Positions 25,005 through 38,811 of a DNA stretch of 64,000 nucleotides are shown in pieces. The notes below the pieces were generated by a model, which saw only the letters and a list, made by a program, of their open reading frames with translations, ran no database searches and was not told the DNA's origin. Position 1 is the first letter of the stretch. Each line of letters begins with the position of its first letter. Where the stretch lies: assembly GCF_009914755.1 (NCBI RefSeq), contig NC_060935.1. The stretch is one strand, 5' to 3'. Source of the stretch: the human T2T-CHM13v2.0 reference genome, Homo sapiens. The position numbers and the translations under genes are program-made.

Positions 25005-26150
25005 GTATAAATTTTAGAATAGTATTAGATTTATAGAAAAATCATGAAGATAGTAGAGTCTGTGTATTCCTCACCTCCGGTTTCTCCTATTATTATCTTA
25101 TATTACTATGGTGCACTTGTCATAAATAATGATCTAATATTGATAAATTGTTATTAACCAAACTCTATAATGTATTTGAAATTTATTAGTTTTTTTCTCC
25201 TTCCTCTGTTTCAGGGTTCCATCCAGGATACTGCATTTAACTGTTATTTTTCCTTAGGGTCCGCTGGTTTGTACTGGTTTCCTAAACTTTCTTTGTTCTT
25301 GATTACTTTAACAGTTTTGAAGATCAGATATTTTATGGAATGATCCTATTTTCAGAAGCCCTCAATTTAGTCTCCCTAATGTTTTTCCCAAAATAAAACT
25401 AAGGCTATGTGTTTTGGGAAGAAAGACCACAGATACAGAGTGCCGTTCTCCACACATCCTGTCAATTATACATAATATCAACATAACTGACCCCCAACAA
25501 TATCAATCTTGATCACCAACCTGAGGGTTGTCACGTTTCTCCACTGTAAAGTTACGCTTTTTCCCTTTCTATCCTGTCCTCTTGGGAGAAAAGTCACCAT
25601 GCACAACCCACACTAAAGGAGTGGAGAGTCATGCTCCATTTCTTGAGAGTGGAGTATCAAATTTATTTGGAATTCTTTTGCATTGGATGTTTGTCTGTTT
25701 GCTCCTATTTATTTAATATAAATTTAAATCAAATGTAATTAAATTCAGTATACTTTAATCAAATCTATTTAATATAAATGAACTGTTTAATAAACAGTTA
25801 AATATAACTGGACTAATTTATATTTATTTTATACTTTGTGTTATAACACTAAAGTTTTACTTAGTCTGTTGCACAAATTGCTCCAGCTTTGGCCATTGAG
25901 AACACTTATGTCCCTTTTTGATACACCCATCATTATGGGATTTTTAAAATCATTTCTTACTTTCTGGAGCTATAAGATACTCTAAGATACTCTAGTATTA
26001 TCTTGTCTATTACATTCTCCACACCAGAAATTTGATATTTTACCAAGTTGCCTCAGTTCCTTTTTTTTTTTTAGCAATTAATATTAGAATCAAATGTCTG
26101 GGCACTGAGTTTGCTTGTTGTTAGAATATCAGCATGTTATTGCTTCAGTG
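25005..26150 (-). mobile_element. L1MC/L1MD 3'UTR
   Basis: TAGATTTATAGAAAAA…GGGTTCCATCCAGGATAC…GAAAGACCACAGA…CCAGCTTTGGCCATTG. Confidence 0.75.
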
Positions 26151-26569
26151 AGCAGAGCTAGGAAATATGTGTGTGGGGGGAGAGAGAGAGAGAGAAAGAG
26201 ATAGGTGTGAAGGGACTCAGCAGAATGGGCGAGGGGCATATGCCAGTCTGAGCAAATGAAGGTTTATGCCACACTTCATCTTTGCAGTTAATCTGTGAGG
26301 CTGCTGAGAAACCAGCCTGTGATTCCCCTGTTGCTTCAGCAGGAGACATATGCTGCATATCACTAAATATTACACCCCAAATGGCAAGACACTGTGAAAC
26401 AATGGCTCTTATTTTTCCCCTTAACCCACAGAGCAGTTCATGTGAAACAGCTTTGGTGATTTGATATGAAAAGGAGTTCCATGTTGTGTGAAGAGGGATA
26501 TAAAATCCAGAGGAATAGAAAATATCTTCTCATGCTGCTCTGTGGTGCTTGTATGGCATCTAGTACAGA

Positions 26570-27145
26570 TGTGACATTAAGGTAGATTAGATAGTGTGGT
26601 TATATGCTCTCTTAAAGAGGAACAAACTTACCAAATAGATGGAGAGAACAAACCACTCAATAGTGGCCAAACCACATCCTGGGCTTGTGGTTAGAGCATC
26701 CTGCAGCAAGGAGGTAAAAGAACAGAAGGGAAAATCCTCAAATTCATGCAAATGCAGAAACCTATGATTAGTATACTTGGGCTGACCTATGCTCATTATA
26801 ATAATGAAAACCACATCAGTGGGTGGAGAATTAAAATGCTAATAAGACATATGAGGTATATACTAGCATGTACAACAATAGCACATGGGCATTAAGGAGA
26901 CCACCCACAATATGCTTAACAACAATGCACATTTCCACCCCTTCACAACTAATCATGTAAGACTCCTGTAGAAGGAGTTTCTCCAGTGTTAGTTGGTGTT
27001 GTCTCATTGTGGAGCAGCCTACTGTGACCTAGCAGAGTGTAGTTTCACTTTGCAATAAAGTTTCCTCGCCTACCTTTACTTTAGACTCTCTCTCAAATTC
27101 TTTGGTGCAGCAAAGTCAAGAAACTGAACCAGCCCACTAACAACA
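26570..27145 (+). mobile_element. ERV1-type solo LTR, subfamily uncertain
   Basis: TG…CA ends and an LTR 3' signature: CACTTTGCAATAAAG…CTCAAATTCTTT…AAGTCAAGAAACTGAAC…CAACA. Confidence 0.75.
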
Positions 27146-29294
27146 ACTTTAAGCACATTCTTTTACTCTCTCTGTATTAAGAACATTCAGTGGTCCAACC
27201 ACTGTGGATACAGGGATGAAAATGGAGAGCTCTTGTACCCAAAACTCTCTGGTAAAGGATAAAGAGTGAAGATCCATGTAAAAGAAAATAACAATTGCAA
27301 TATAGTCCCTCTAATAGATTTATGAGCAAAAAACCATGAGAACTTGGTAAAAGAAGTTTAATTTTAACATTTTAGTTGTGTTTTGAGACAAAAAGAAACA
27401 TTATAGTGACGATGTTCTAGACATTAAAGTAGACAATTTACATATGCTAAATAGCAAGCTCCTGGTAAAACAGCTATCAACTGAAGTAGCATTTCAAACA
27501 CAGACTTTAACAGTGCTATGTCATTATACCACACTGCTTCCAATAACTATTGTGTGCTGAGTTATAGTATTCCAAATGGAAAGAGGTTACCCAGGATAAG
27601 AAAACCCCGAAGCACTCACTTAGATGTTCTCCTGGCCTTTGAACAGACTTCCTGAAGGTGCAGTTGGTGTAAGACCAACCATTGGTCCTAGGTTTCCTAT
27701 AATAAAATACTTTCTAATATTCATAACTACCAACAAATAGAAACCTCTTTCTCATAAAGGAATAAGACTTCCTGTTGCTGAAAATTTTCAAGTGGAGACA
27801 TGATGACTGGTGAGTCAATGATACAAATAGCCTAGACTCCTTTCAAATTCTATTATACTGCTCATCAATGAAAAAAAAAGGTCCATGTGAGAAACATTAA
27901 GACAAGCTCAAAAGTGGAATTATACATGCACAGTGACATTTAAATAAAAGAAAGCTTAGAAATCACCAAGTTCAACTCCATCTTTTATTATACACTTGAA
28001 GAAGCAAGGTAAATAGGCTAAAAGATATGCCCATGACCAACTCTACTCTGTTAGCACTATCACAACAAAATCTTGGATATAGGGGCATAAGTCAGTCAGT
28101 ATTTTAAGAGAATAAGAAAAGGTTCAAGGCTAGGAATATTTGATGTAGAAAGACCTGGTATGTGGATGTCACAGTAAGGAGTTATGGAGAGACAGAAGGT
28201 TCTGGTTTAGTGGGAAGGCACTTGGTACATAAGAATTAATTTTTAAAAAGAAGAAAAGGATGATCAAAGGGATACCATGTTTTACAACTAGCATTTTAAA
28301 AAATTAGCTAACCTTTACCACTCATTCTGACCATGCCATGTTTGTATTTAGAACTCAGCATGTCAATGTAGAGGCAGAAAAGCAATGCCTTCATTTACGT
28401 GCTATAAAGCTCTCTATTGAAAAGGTCATGAGGTGTTCATATATTAAACACATGCATGAGAAACTCTGCCAAAGACGGAGAAATTTCATGGATTTTCTTT
28501 AATGTGAAAATGCTCCGGTCCAAAGCCAAAGCTATCCATAGGTATTATAGATCATGTGTAGTATCTCATGTAAACTCAAGGTATTAATTTTGGATGCAAA
28601 ACTGAGGACTAGCATATTTCCATAAATTTTATACACAATTGAATTATGCATTGATTAGAAAAATATTACTATAAGTAGAAAAGTATACCATATCAAAACA
28701 ACTTAATATCTTGGCAAACAATTTACTCAATTAATTTGATATAATAAATACTTTCTCACTGAGAACTATCTCTGTAATCTTGAGCACATTGTTATACCTC
28801 TCAGAATTTTTTGTTTTCCTCTTAGTAACTTAAAATACATTTTACTTGCCTATTATTATTGCTGGAATCAATGAACAAAACACATTTTTATTATTCTTTA
28901 ATATTTCTATTTTCTAACAAATAATTGAGCATCTGAATAAATAACACATGCTGTAATCAACATTTGGAACAGAAATGTAAATAATGTACATATAACCCAA
29001 GTAAATGACCCCAGAACAGTGAAAAGCACCTAGTGAGCACTCAAATGATTTTGGCTATATGGTTCATATAAAAGTTTCTAAGTAAATGTTTTTCAGTTGA
29101 ATTATGAATTTACAATGATAATCATTACAATAATAATTCTACATTCTTCTATGTTTCTTCTATAATAAAACACTGGAGATTAGACAAGTGGGAAGTCAGT
29201 AACTGATGATTAAATTTTATATACTGCTTTACCGTTCACTGAGTTCTGTCCCTTACATTATTACATTTGCTATTCACAAACATCTGTGGTGTTA

Positions 29295-29430
29295 ATGTTT
29301 ATCATATTTTCTATAGTTTAGACAAAGATATTTAAGCTCAGAGAAGTTAACTGGGTGTTTCAACAGCACCTAGTTAGCAAGTTGCAGACTTCAGGTTATC
29401 TGAATCTCAAAGCTGATTGTTTCTTTCTAA
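29295..29430 (-). mobile_element. MIR
   Basis: TAAGCTCAGAGAAGTTAACT…CTAGTTAGCAAGTTGCAGA…TCTGAATCTCAAAGC. Confidence 0.55.
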
Positions 29431-31849
29431 CCCAGGGTGTCCCCCCGATAAACTGCATTATACTCAAAGAGGACTTCATGTACAAAGTGGGACTTAAGTG
29501 ATGTCTGCAATTTTGCAAGGGATAGCAGAGAGAATAAAAGGATGATTCCAGTTTATATAATAATTAGATATAATAACTGAATGGTAACTACATCTGGTCT
29601 AAAGTTATTTTGGTTGTACATTGTTCATTTGTCTCTAGAACTAAGTAAAGATTGCCATTAGTGCCTTCTACTCATTTGTCTTAATTATCCCCAGGAGAGA
29701 AACTGTAACTGGAGATGATAAAATGTTTACTTTAATTTCACTTGTTTGAGGTAATCAAATCTGGCACCGAATGCATTTGTGTGTCTATCTTTAATGATTC
29801 CCACCTCAAAAGACCTCTATTTCTCTCTATCTTTTTGTGTTAAGACTATTAACGTGTTAAGTGCACAGTTACTGCTTGATGGAACAAGGCTCCAGACAGT
29901 CTGAGTTGAGAAAAAACAGCACAGTGACTTAGTTGCCACAAGATACTGTTGATCAAATGGTAGGTAACTGGGGATAGTATTAAATTAAAGGGGAAAAAAG
30001 TCAATAAAGGAAGAGGAGGGAGTACTTCAGAAAGGATTTCATAGTACAAAGTTTCAATAGAGGTGTGGATGGTTTCTTCAAGGTTTTAGACTGACATAAT
30101 TTTGAAATAGGTAATAACTTACAGAAAAAAAGAAAAGAGAGAAGAAACATTTTCTTAGGTCATATAAATGAGACAGTTTATATTATTTGTATTCCCTTAT
30201 AGAAAGCAGAAGTCTCACTTAGAAGTGCATATTTAAAAAGAAGTATTTATACATGTCAACACATTGATTTTGTTTTAAAACCTTAATCTGTCACTAAAAT
30301 CCTCAAAATGGTCATAGGATAATATCTTATTAAAATAGTATTTAACATTAAATATAAATTGTTAATTTTAAAAAGTTCTTATTTAATACATTTTGTGTTC
30401 TATAATTCTCCTTTTGGAATTCAGAATTCTCCATGTTTCAGTAAGGTAAACCTCTTTTACTTATTTTGTAGTTTTCAAAGAAAAGTAGGTTTACCTGTTT
30501 CCTTATTATTTACAGTTCAGAGGAAAGACTTTTACTCTACTGGGAAAGTTTTTTGAGGGCTCTATTTGGGGGTTTTTCTAAGATAATAAGACTTCAGGCT
30601 TTTCACACCCTTAGGCAATACACCCAAGAGATAAGATATCCTAGAAAAGAGCTCTGATGAGAATTTTGAGCTATTATACCAAATGAGCATGAGATGAGCT
30701 GGACAGGGAGACTTCTAAATCCCTCCCAAAGGTTTTGCTTTCATAAGAACATCTTGCAATTTAAAAAGACAAGCCTTTTACACTTAGAGAGCTCCTTGTG
30801 ACTGGAAACAATATTGGTATCAATATCCTGTTATTGCACAAAAAAAAGACTAAATCATTTGGGGAATAGATTAACTGCTATAATAAAGTTAAGCCTTTTT
30901 CCTTGGGCTCAGCTCTAAACGCCAAGTTAAACAAGCAAACAAACAAAAGAAAACAAGACAGGAAGAGAAGCACAACTTAGGTCTACGTCAACTAATATTG
31001 AATTTCTGATTCCATAATCTGCGAAAGTCTAAAGCTCTGTGATTTCTTCAAATCTCTCATATTTAAATTCCTCATAGCTCTTCTTCAGAACTCTCTTTGC
31101 CAAGTGTTAATCATGTTCCTTAGCAATAGCCCTGCTCAAAATTAAGCCTATTGTCCAATGTTAACATAATGCTTTCACACCATGCAGCATATGCTTTCTT
31201 ACATCTTATGCAAGTTTAACAGGTTCATAGAGAAGCACCAAATCAAGATTATACAGTTTCTGTGACCTTTCTGTCTTTCGCTCTCTTATCAGAATTCCTT
31301 TCTCTTTCTCTGGTTTGTCTCCACTAAACAAAGTGTTTTCCTTTTCTACTTAATCCAGGAATTCGGGCCCTTTCCAATTTAGGACCCAGACAAGGAAAGC
31401 ATATTAAAGAATGAAGAACTTTCAATTAAATAGCCTTTGCAGTCCTTCCCAAATGTCTGACCATATTGGAGCATGTAGAAAACTACATATGTTCACTACT
31501 ATGTGATCAATCAACAAGACTCTGGGAACCTAATTTGAATGACTTGAAACCTCCAACCACCAGAGCACTGAGAGAACCAGCACTCCAGCACATCTGTCAG
31601 TCTTTTGAGGCTCAGCCACAGGCTCAATCAGATATAGTGTCTACTCGGATTTCGGCTACAGCCTCCACAGGAAACTGATGAAATTTAAAAAGACAAAAGA
31701 GAAAGAGAAAGAGAATGGCTACATACTTGATGGAAGAACATGTTAGGAATTATTAAGGCATATCACCAGATACCATTTATCCAGAAGAAAATAAACTATT
31801 ACAGAATTTTGGAGCTGAAAATGAGAACATTTAAAAATTTCAATTATAC

Positions 31850-33215
31850 ATAAATTTTCATCTCCAATCCAGCCTTCTCTTTTAAGCTCCAACTTCTTAC
31901 CAAATGGCTCCACTTAGTTTTTCCTCATATTTTTTAAACTTAATTTGTACCAAACTTATATTAGCATTTTTCTCACAAAAGTACTCTTTCTGCAAGTATT
32001 TCCAACCTCAGAGAATGGTGACATCAATCACCCAGGTGCACAGGCCAGCAGGCTGACCTGCTATTTTTGTCATCACTCTAAAACATCCAGTAAGTATTAA
32101 GTTACTCTATTCTTCTACGTGCTTCTTTAATTCCTCCTCTTCTTTCCATTCCTTTTCTAGATACCAGTACAAGCTATAATTGGCTCTCATCCCAACTACT
32201 ACCACATCCTCTTATTTGGTCTTTCTACATTTACTCTCTTTATACCATTTTCCACAATACAACCAGAGTTATTATAAGAAGGAACCATGATCATGCCATT
32301 CACAGTTTGAAATTTTTCAGTGACTTCCCATTGCTCTAAGATGAAGTCCAAAACCTTTTGAGTGGCTTCTGAAATCTTCCACAATCTTGTTGCTTTCTAA
32401 CCTTTCAGCCAATTTTCCCTACATTTACCTCCATCTAACTTAGCTAGACTTTTATTCAATTCCTCAAGTATACTACATTTACCCCTGACAAAGGATCATG
32501 AGGCTAATATTCAGCATCTGAGGAAATTAAAAACCTGAATGTTTGCTTCTTCTAGTAAGGGATTGATATGCTGCTTAGGCACAGAATTTCTGAGGAGAGC
32601 AGAGTGCTGATGTTATGTAGGGTTGTAGGAATATGTAAAATTCAGGGATTTGTGGATTTTCAGGGGCCAACATTGGTTGATATTATCTTTAAATATTTAA
32701 TAGTTGGGTGGAGCTAGTTTTGATTAGTTGGCAGCCAAAAGAGTTTTAATTGAAATGCGTTTATGACTGATATCTGACTTTTAATTGTGAGGAACTGACA
32801 TTGATTTGTTAGCTTGTGAGAATGTACTCACTGAACTGAGTTGTCCTCAATGATTGATTTAAAGAGTTTACATCATATTTCTGATGCCTACTTGATACCA
32901 TGGCTATAGATAAATAGGTGGTTTTTTTAAAGGGTGCAGGGATTTATTTTATTCTGATTTTCCCTATTCTTGTCCTTATTTGCTTAGCATCTGTTTGTGT
33001 TTTAAGATTCAGCTTATGCGTTACTTCTTCAGGAATGGCTGTCCTCACTGACTGATTATGTCACCCTGCTAAATGTCCCTATTTCATTCTTTCCTCCTGT
33101 TCCTAAGGAATATAATATTGTAAACCACTGTTTCTCTTTCTCTCTTGCCTGCTAGGAATATAATCTCCCTTATGAGAGAAGCCATATCTTTCTTGTTTAC
33201 CAATGTATATTTATT
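31850..33215 (+). mobile_element. L2 fragments (about 31850-32480 and 32960-33215) flanking an unclassified LTR-like insert
   Basis: CATCTCCAATCCAGCCTTCTC, GACTTCCCATTGCTCTAAGATGAAGTCCAAAACC and TTCAGCTTATGCGTTACTTCTTCAGGAA. Confidence 0.65.
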
Positions 33216-35292
33216 CTTATCTGTAGGAAATGTGGGTTAGAAAAAGGCTGCAATTAGCCAACAGTTATGCCCCAGATCACGCAGATTTATTTCAATTCCA
33301 TATCTTCTTACACTAAAACCAATGCTTCTTCCACTATATGCCATGTGCCTCTTACAAGTAATGTTAAGAAGAAAATGACAAGAGCCTCTGAAATCTTGTT
33401 TTAAAATGCATTCTCATTTTTCTACCGAACCTTGGATAATTTTTCTTAATACTGTTACAAACCTTCTTCAAAGCAGAAGAAAAGTACCCTTTGTAAAACT
33501 TTAAGCAGTGAGTAGCCACTGTATCTCTCTAATATATTGTGCTGTTAAATTATTACATTATTATAGCGACAATGAGATATGCCAGGGAATGATGGAATGC
33601 CAACCAGCTTCTACAAACAAGAAATATATACTTATATTCTGTGAAGGAAGTCAGTCAAGCAGAGACTTTTCAAATAACTGGCAGTATAACAACTTTCACT
33701 GAAAGCTGATGGCCTTGTGACATTATTTAGAGGACGCTCTATAGATATTTTCACTTTTATTATTTTCCTTATTGGTGGGGAAAATTTGAATCCCAAATAT
33801 GTAGTCCCATTGTGTGTTATTTGAACATTCACTGAGCATCCCCATCTATTATGGCCAATGCTGATAAATAAGTAAAGGTTGTGTCAAGTGTGGGCTTATT
33901 TTTATTATGTAGAACTTTGTTTTCCTTTTTTTACTAATTTATGTGGTACAATTTTATTTCACTTATTAGGAATGGCTGTGATTAAATGCTTCATCTAGAA
34001 TTTACCAAAAACACTTTTTCTGAGTATTTCTGGTTTCAAGATGGAAGCTTAAGCCTGTACACATGTAGGTTTTCATATATTAAGGCTCAAGTCGAAGTAC
34101 ATAATACATAAACTCGCAAAAAGGCACAAGTTGTTTTACCAAAAGGAACTGATCCTTGTGGAATAGAGAATCAAAAAGATAGAATAAAAGCACTTTTTGC
34201 TATTCAAAGGGAAAGAGATTTTTTCAAATGAGCTTTATTGGTAAGTGTGCAGAAATGTCAAAATTATATGATAAACATGGTTTCTGGTCTTGAAGGCTCG
34301 ATTTTATCCAATGATAGGTAATCTAAGGAAATTATTATTTATATTAAAACAAAATAAATAAAGAACAGACAATATCTTATAAATGTTTGCTTCAAGACAT
34401 GTCTTTACACTTCTCTGCTGTGTTTCTGGACTAGAGCACTTTGAGAAGCATTGCAGTAGAGTTGATGTTTATCTTTTTTTTCCCTTCAGCCTATATTCTT
34501 CACGAACTTGAATTTTAAGTAGAAATATCTGTATTTATGAAGTCTGTAAGAGTCAGGGAAACAAGAAAATTATATTTTGTTATAGTGCATATGGGTTTGA
34601 AAACCTCTGGTGCCGAACACTCAAAAAAACACTACCACAGACATTAGAAATGAAAGGGGAAGTTTCCCAATGCTTGCTAAAATAATAACAGATATCAATA
34701 ATAGCTAGGTACATTTTTTATCACAGTGAATAAGATACCCCATAATGATTTTCTGAGCTGATTATGGAGATATCTTGAGCTTCTCCAACTCTGTAGTTGA
34801 GGATAAAGTCATAGCAAAACTGCTTTTTAAGGTTTTCTTTTTTATATATATCAAAAATTTTATTAAAATATTAAAGTAAATTTTTTCACTTCACTCAGTA
34901 TTTTATGAGTATGCATTTTGTAATTTGAGTATATTTCAATAAAAGACACTGTCTGTTGAAGACATTGCAGAGCAGGTAGGTTTCAAATTAACCTGGTGAG
35001 GGAAAAGGAGTTAATCTCTGCTGACAGTTTCCTAATACTTTGTATTTATAATTTAGAAGCTAAAACAATTCAAGAAAATATCCAAAAGATTGCAACAGCT
35101 CCACTGTAATGCAACGCTCCACTTACTGCATCTAATGTGTAATATGCCCACCCAAATAAGTGATCTAACCCTTTGTTGCCTATGATATAAAGCCATATAA
35201 GTAATTAATACTTTAATAAAATGAAACTTTTACATCACTGGGGTAACAATCATTACATAATCTCCCCAAACTCTCCAAACTCTCTCTCTCTC

Positions 35293-35504
35293 TTTTTTTT
35301 TTTTTTTGGTTTTTTGAGATGGAGTTTCACTCTTGCTGGGATTACAGGTGCCCGCCACCATGCCCAGTTAATTTTTGTATTTTTAGTAGAGACAGGGTTT
35401 CATCATGTTGGCCAGGCTGGTCTTCAACTCCTGACTTCAGGTGATTTGCCCACCTTGCCTTCCTAAAGTGCTGGTATTACAGGCGTGAGCCACCATGCCC
35501 AGTC
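35293..35504 (-). mobile_element. AluSq/Sp-like with an internal right-arm deletion; TSD TCCCCAAACTCTC
   Basis: GAGTTTCACTCTTG is joined directly to CTGGGATTACAGG. The TSD is at 35263-35275 and 35506-35518. Confidence 0.9.
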
Positions 35505-36199
35505 ATCCCCAAACTCTCAAATGTAATCTTTGCTCACCTTGGCAATTTAAATTGTCTATAGATCTGTACCATTACTTTATGAGGCCAGTAACATTTTCTG
35601 AATTGGCAGAGTTAGTTTTCCAGAAGTTTTTGTCACCAACACACTTTAGTCATGTCCTGGAATTTAGGTGTTTTATTCTGAGTTTAATATGTAATGACTT
35701 CCTCCTTAGGTACTTCAAGCTCCCTGGTAAAGAACAGGCTAAATCCAGAGAAATGCTTTATATTTGCAACTATAATGCTAAAACCATCTTTCTCCTCTAA
35801 TTCAGAACTATGAGCCACATATTGTGTCCCAGAGAAAGGCCAAGAGCAAATCATAATGCTGGATGAAGAGGACAAGGTGCTCCATGATGAAACAAAGACA
35901 GCCCTGTTCAGAAAGAAATCCACTTACTGGGCTTCTTTCCATGACCCTAAGGATTCACAAGTTATCCTGGAGGTGCAGCTACAAAATGGAGGCTACAACA
36001 TAGTCCAGGAAATGTGACACAACCGTCTTGCAGTTTGAATTTATATTGTTCATGTCTCTTTATTCTTTTGAAAAAAATAGTATGTCTGTAGGGCTGGAGG
36101 GAGCATTATACATTTAGATAGAAAAACATGAAATTTCTCTTTTGTAGGAAACTAATGACCATACATCAATATATAATCTGAACTAACATTTATTTAATG

Positions 36200-36630
36200 G
36201 TGTTTAACCATTCATTCTGTTAGTATTTAATTTTAAAAAACAATAATTAAGCAAGTTCTTTTTTGCTAGGCAATGTATCTGACATTATGTAAACTTAATA
36301 AAACTAAGGTCCCAATCTTAGTAGCTTACAATCTTGTGAACATAACAGTGTGACTAGTGCTAAGTTAGACATGGGCATCTGCTTCTATGAAACCAGGAAT
36401 GGCGATGGTGCTTAATTCAGATTGGTGAGGTCATAAAATTCTCTAGAAAGGACACTAGCCAAATTTGAAAGAGAAAATATTGCATTAGATATTTGACAGA
36501 GGAATAAATATCTACACATAAAAATCTGTGAACTTATAGAGGCTTAAAGGATTGATAAATATTTTAGGGACTACAGATAGTTTAATGACTAGTGCTTATG
36601 AAATATTGTAAAGAATGACAATAGTCAGGA
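36200..36630 (-). mobile_element. L2 fragment
   Basis: CATTCATTC…GCTAGGCAATG…AGCTTACAATCTTGTG resembles an L2 antisense 3' end. Confidence 0.5.
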
Positions 36631-36633
36631 CGG

Positions 36634-37026
36634 TGTATTAGCTATTTATTACTATGTAACAAATTACTTAAGAGTTTAAAACCACATTTATTATTTTACA
36701 GGTTTTAAGGGTCAGGATTTGGAAGCATGTTACCTGGATGGCTCAAGGTCTCTCATAAGTTGCAATGTTGCTGGATCATTTGAATACTGGACTGGGGCTG
36801 GAAGATTTACTTTCAAGAAGAATCATTCACATGACTGTTCTCTGAGAGACAGAGACCAAGATGGAAGCATGGAAGCCTTAGTCTTTTATACCCTAATCTC
36901 ATAAGCGACTTAACATCACTTCTGCCATACTTACACAGACCAATCCTGTCTGGAAGAAGACAAAACAAGGGTATGAATTGCAGGAAGTGATGATAATTGA
37001 AAGTCATATTGAGGCTGCCTATCATA
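36634..37026 (-). mobile_element. MLT1F/G-like MaLR LTR
   Basis: TGTATTAGCTATTTATTACTATGTAACAAATTAC…ACTGGGGCTGGAAGAT…CATCACTTCTGCCATA…GAGGCTGCCTATCA. Confidence 0.8.
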
Positions 37027-37535
37027 GAAGGTAACATGTAGTAAAAGAAAGACACTAAGTGAAAATTACAAAGTAAGGCGTATATAAATTACTAGATTGA
37101 AAACAAATAGCTTTCAGCAAATGTACATATTTGCTTTTGCATTTTCAACTTACTCAAAATATATATCCTTGACTTTTGCATCTCAAATTTACACCTAGAC
37201 CAGTTTTATAAAAATGAAGAAAAGTGTGGAAAATAAGCCATTTTCTCCAACAAGATCTTATTCAGCTGAACTGTGACAATCACTTACTTCTATAGAAACA
37301 TGAAGCTTAAATGGATAGTCATGATTATTCAGCCAATCACTTCATAGTACAAGTGAGAGAACTTACGTTTATGTGCAAATTCATATCTGCAGCTCATTAA
37401 TTATCTGCGCTGAAATAAAATTCCATCCTGAGCCCCTGCCCTACTTTATATCTTCTGCCCTGCACTGCCTTCTTTATAGCCACACATTGCAGGATTGTCC
37501 AACTGAGTCTGCATATTTTTCACTGTCTATAGAGT

Positions 37536-37760
37536 TGTGCTGTTCAACAAGGTAGCCACTAGGGTACATGTGATTATTTAAATTTCAGTTTAAGTTTGTA
37601 TGTATTAAATACAATTTTAAAAACATCAAGAATTCATGTCCCCCATTGTACTAGGCACATTTTAAGTGCTCAATAGCCACATATGGCTAGAACTGCCATG
37701 TTGGACAGTAACGACAGAGAACACCTCCATCGTCACCAATAGTTTTATTGAATAGCACTG
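37536..37760. mobile_element. MER3 (hAT-Charlie)
   Basis: GTAGCCACTAG…AAGTGCTCAATAGCCACATATGGCTAG…TTTTATTGAATAGCACTG. Confidence 0.85.
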
Positions 37761-38179
37761 ATCTGTAGTATATCTCAAATTACCTTTCATTTTCCCTATG
37801 AGAATATGATAGACTAAATACTATGATTCACTCAAATCCAAACATTTTTCCCCTTATGCTTAAATATCTGTGATATAGGTTAGACTGTGGCATTTAAGGG
37901 ATAATTAATTTTGAAAGGCCAAGATGAATATTTTAATTGGTTGTTCCACATCCTTTATAAAAATATCCATGACTATTTAATTAAACTTCAGGAACAATTA
38001 ATTAATTAGACCACAACTGAAGGGAAACACTTTATAAGAACAGAGCTCTATTCTTTGCAATGATTTTGTTTTGGTTTGGTTTATGTTGAAAAACCTAATG
38101 ACTAAGAGAAATTAAGTGCAATACTACATTTTCCTTAGTCTGGGCTTTTCTATCTGTTTCCTAAGCTTTTATAAAAGCC

Positions 38180-38811
38180 ACCTATTTGGTTGTCCTGCTT
38201 TCATCTTACCCCACTGTAGTTCACCCTCATGACTAGCAAATTAATTTTTCTAAAACACTAATCTAATCAAATCCTTCCTCTTAATAAGGTATTGAATCAT
38301 TGATAAAATATAACTCCTTAACATGCTACAGTAAGGTCTGCATAACCAGAAATCAATCCACCTCTCTATGCCTGTTTCCCACCATTCTTCCAAACTCATC
38401 ATCCTTTTCTTTTCCTTATTTCCAAAACTCATAAAGCCCTTCCTTCCTTTTAAGGTTTTGCATATGCTATTGTTTTTCTTCCTTTAAAAAATCCATATAT
38501 ATTCTCTAAGACTCAGCTTAAATTTTACTACTACCTACACTTTATTAGACAAAGTTAATAAGCTGTTCTTTGTGCTGTCTCAGTTATAACACATAAACCA
38601 AGAGATAATTATAGCACTTTCTAACTTATATGAAAATGTCTCCACCTTCTGCTATTCTATACACTTTTAAATAATAACTATAACTATTGATTAATGACTG
38701 TGAATAGCATTTATCACAGTGCCAGCCCTAAAACTTAGTTTGAAAATGAATAAATGGATGGACAGATAGATAGTTGGATGGATGAGTGAATGAATGAACA
38801 AATGAATGAAT
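38180..38811 (+). mobile_element. L2 3' end with (GAAT)/(GGAT) tail
   Basis: CTAAGACTCAGCTTAAAT…ATCACAGTGCCAGC…TGAATGAATGAACAAATGAATGAA. Confidence 0.7.

Noticed and set aside
25781-25799. Small palindrome AACTGTTTA-A-TAAACAGTT and similar short palindromes or duplications (about 5910, 9990, 25975)
   Set aside because: They are short and expected at this frequency in 64 kb of AT-rich DNA.
33300-35200. Host-gene coding exons in unique-looking stretches (also 41200-42600)
   Set aside because: There is no convincing acceptor-ORF-donor combination or recognisable peptide. Small or non-coding exons cannot be excluded by eye.
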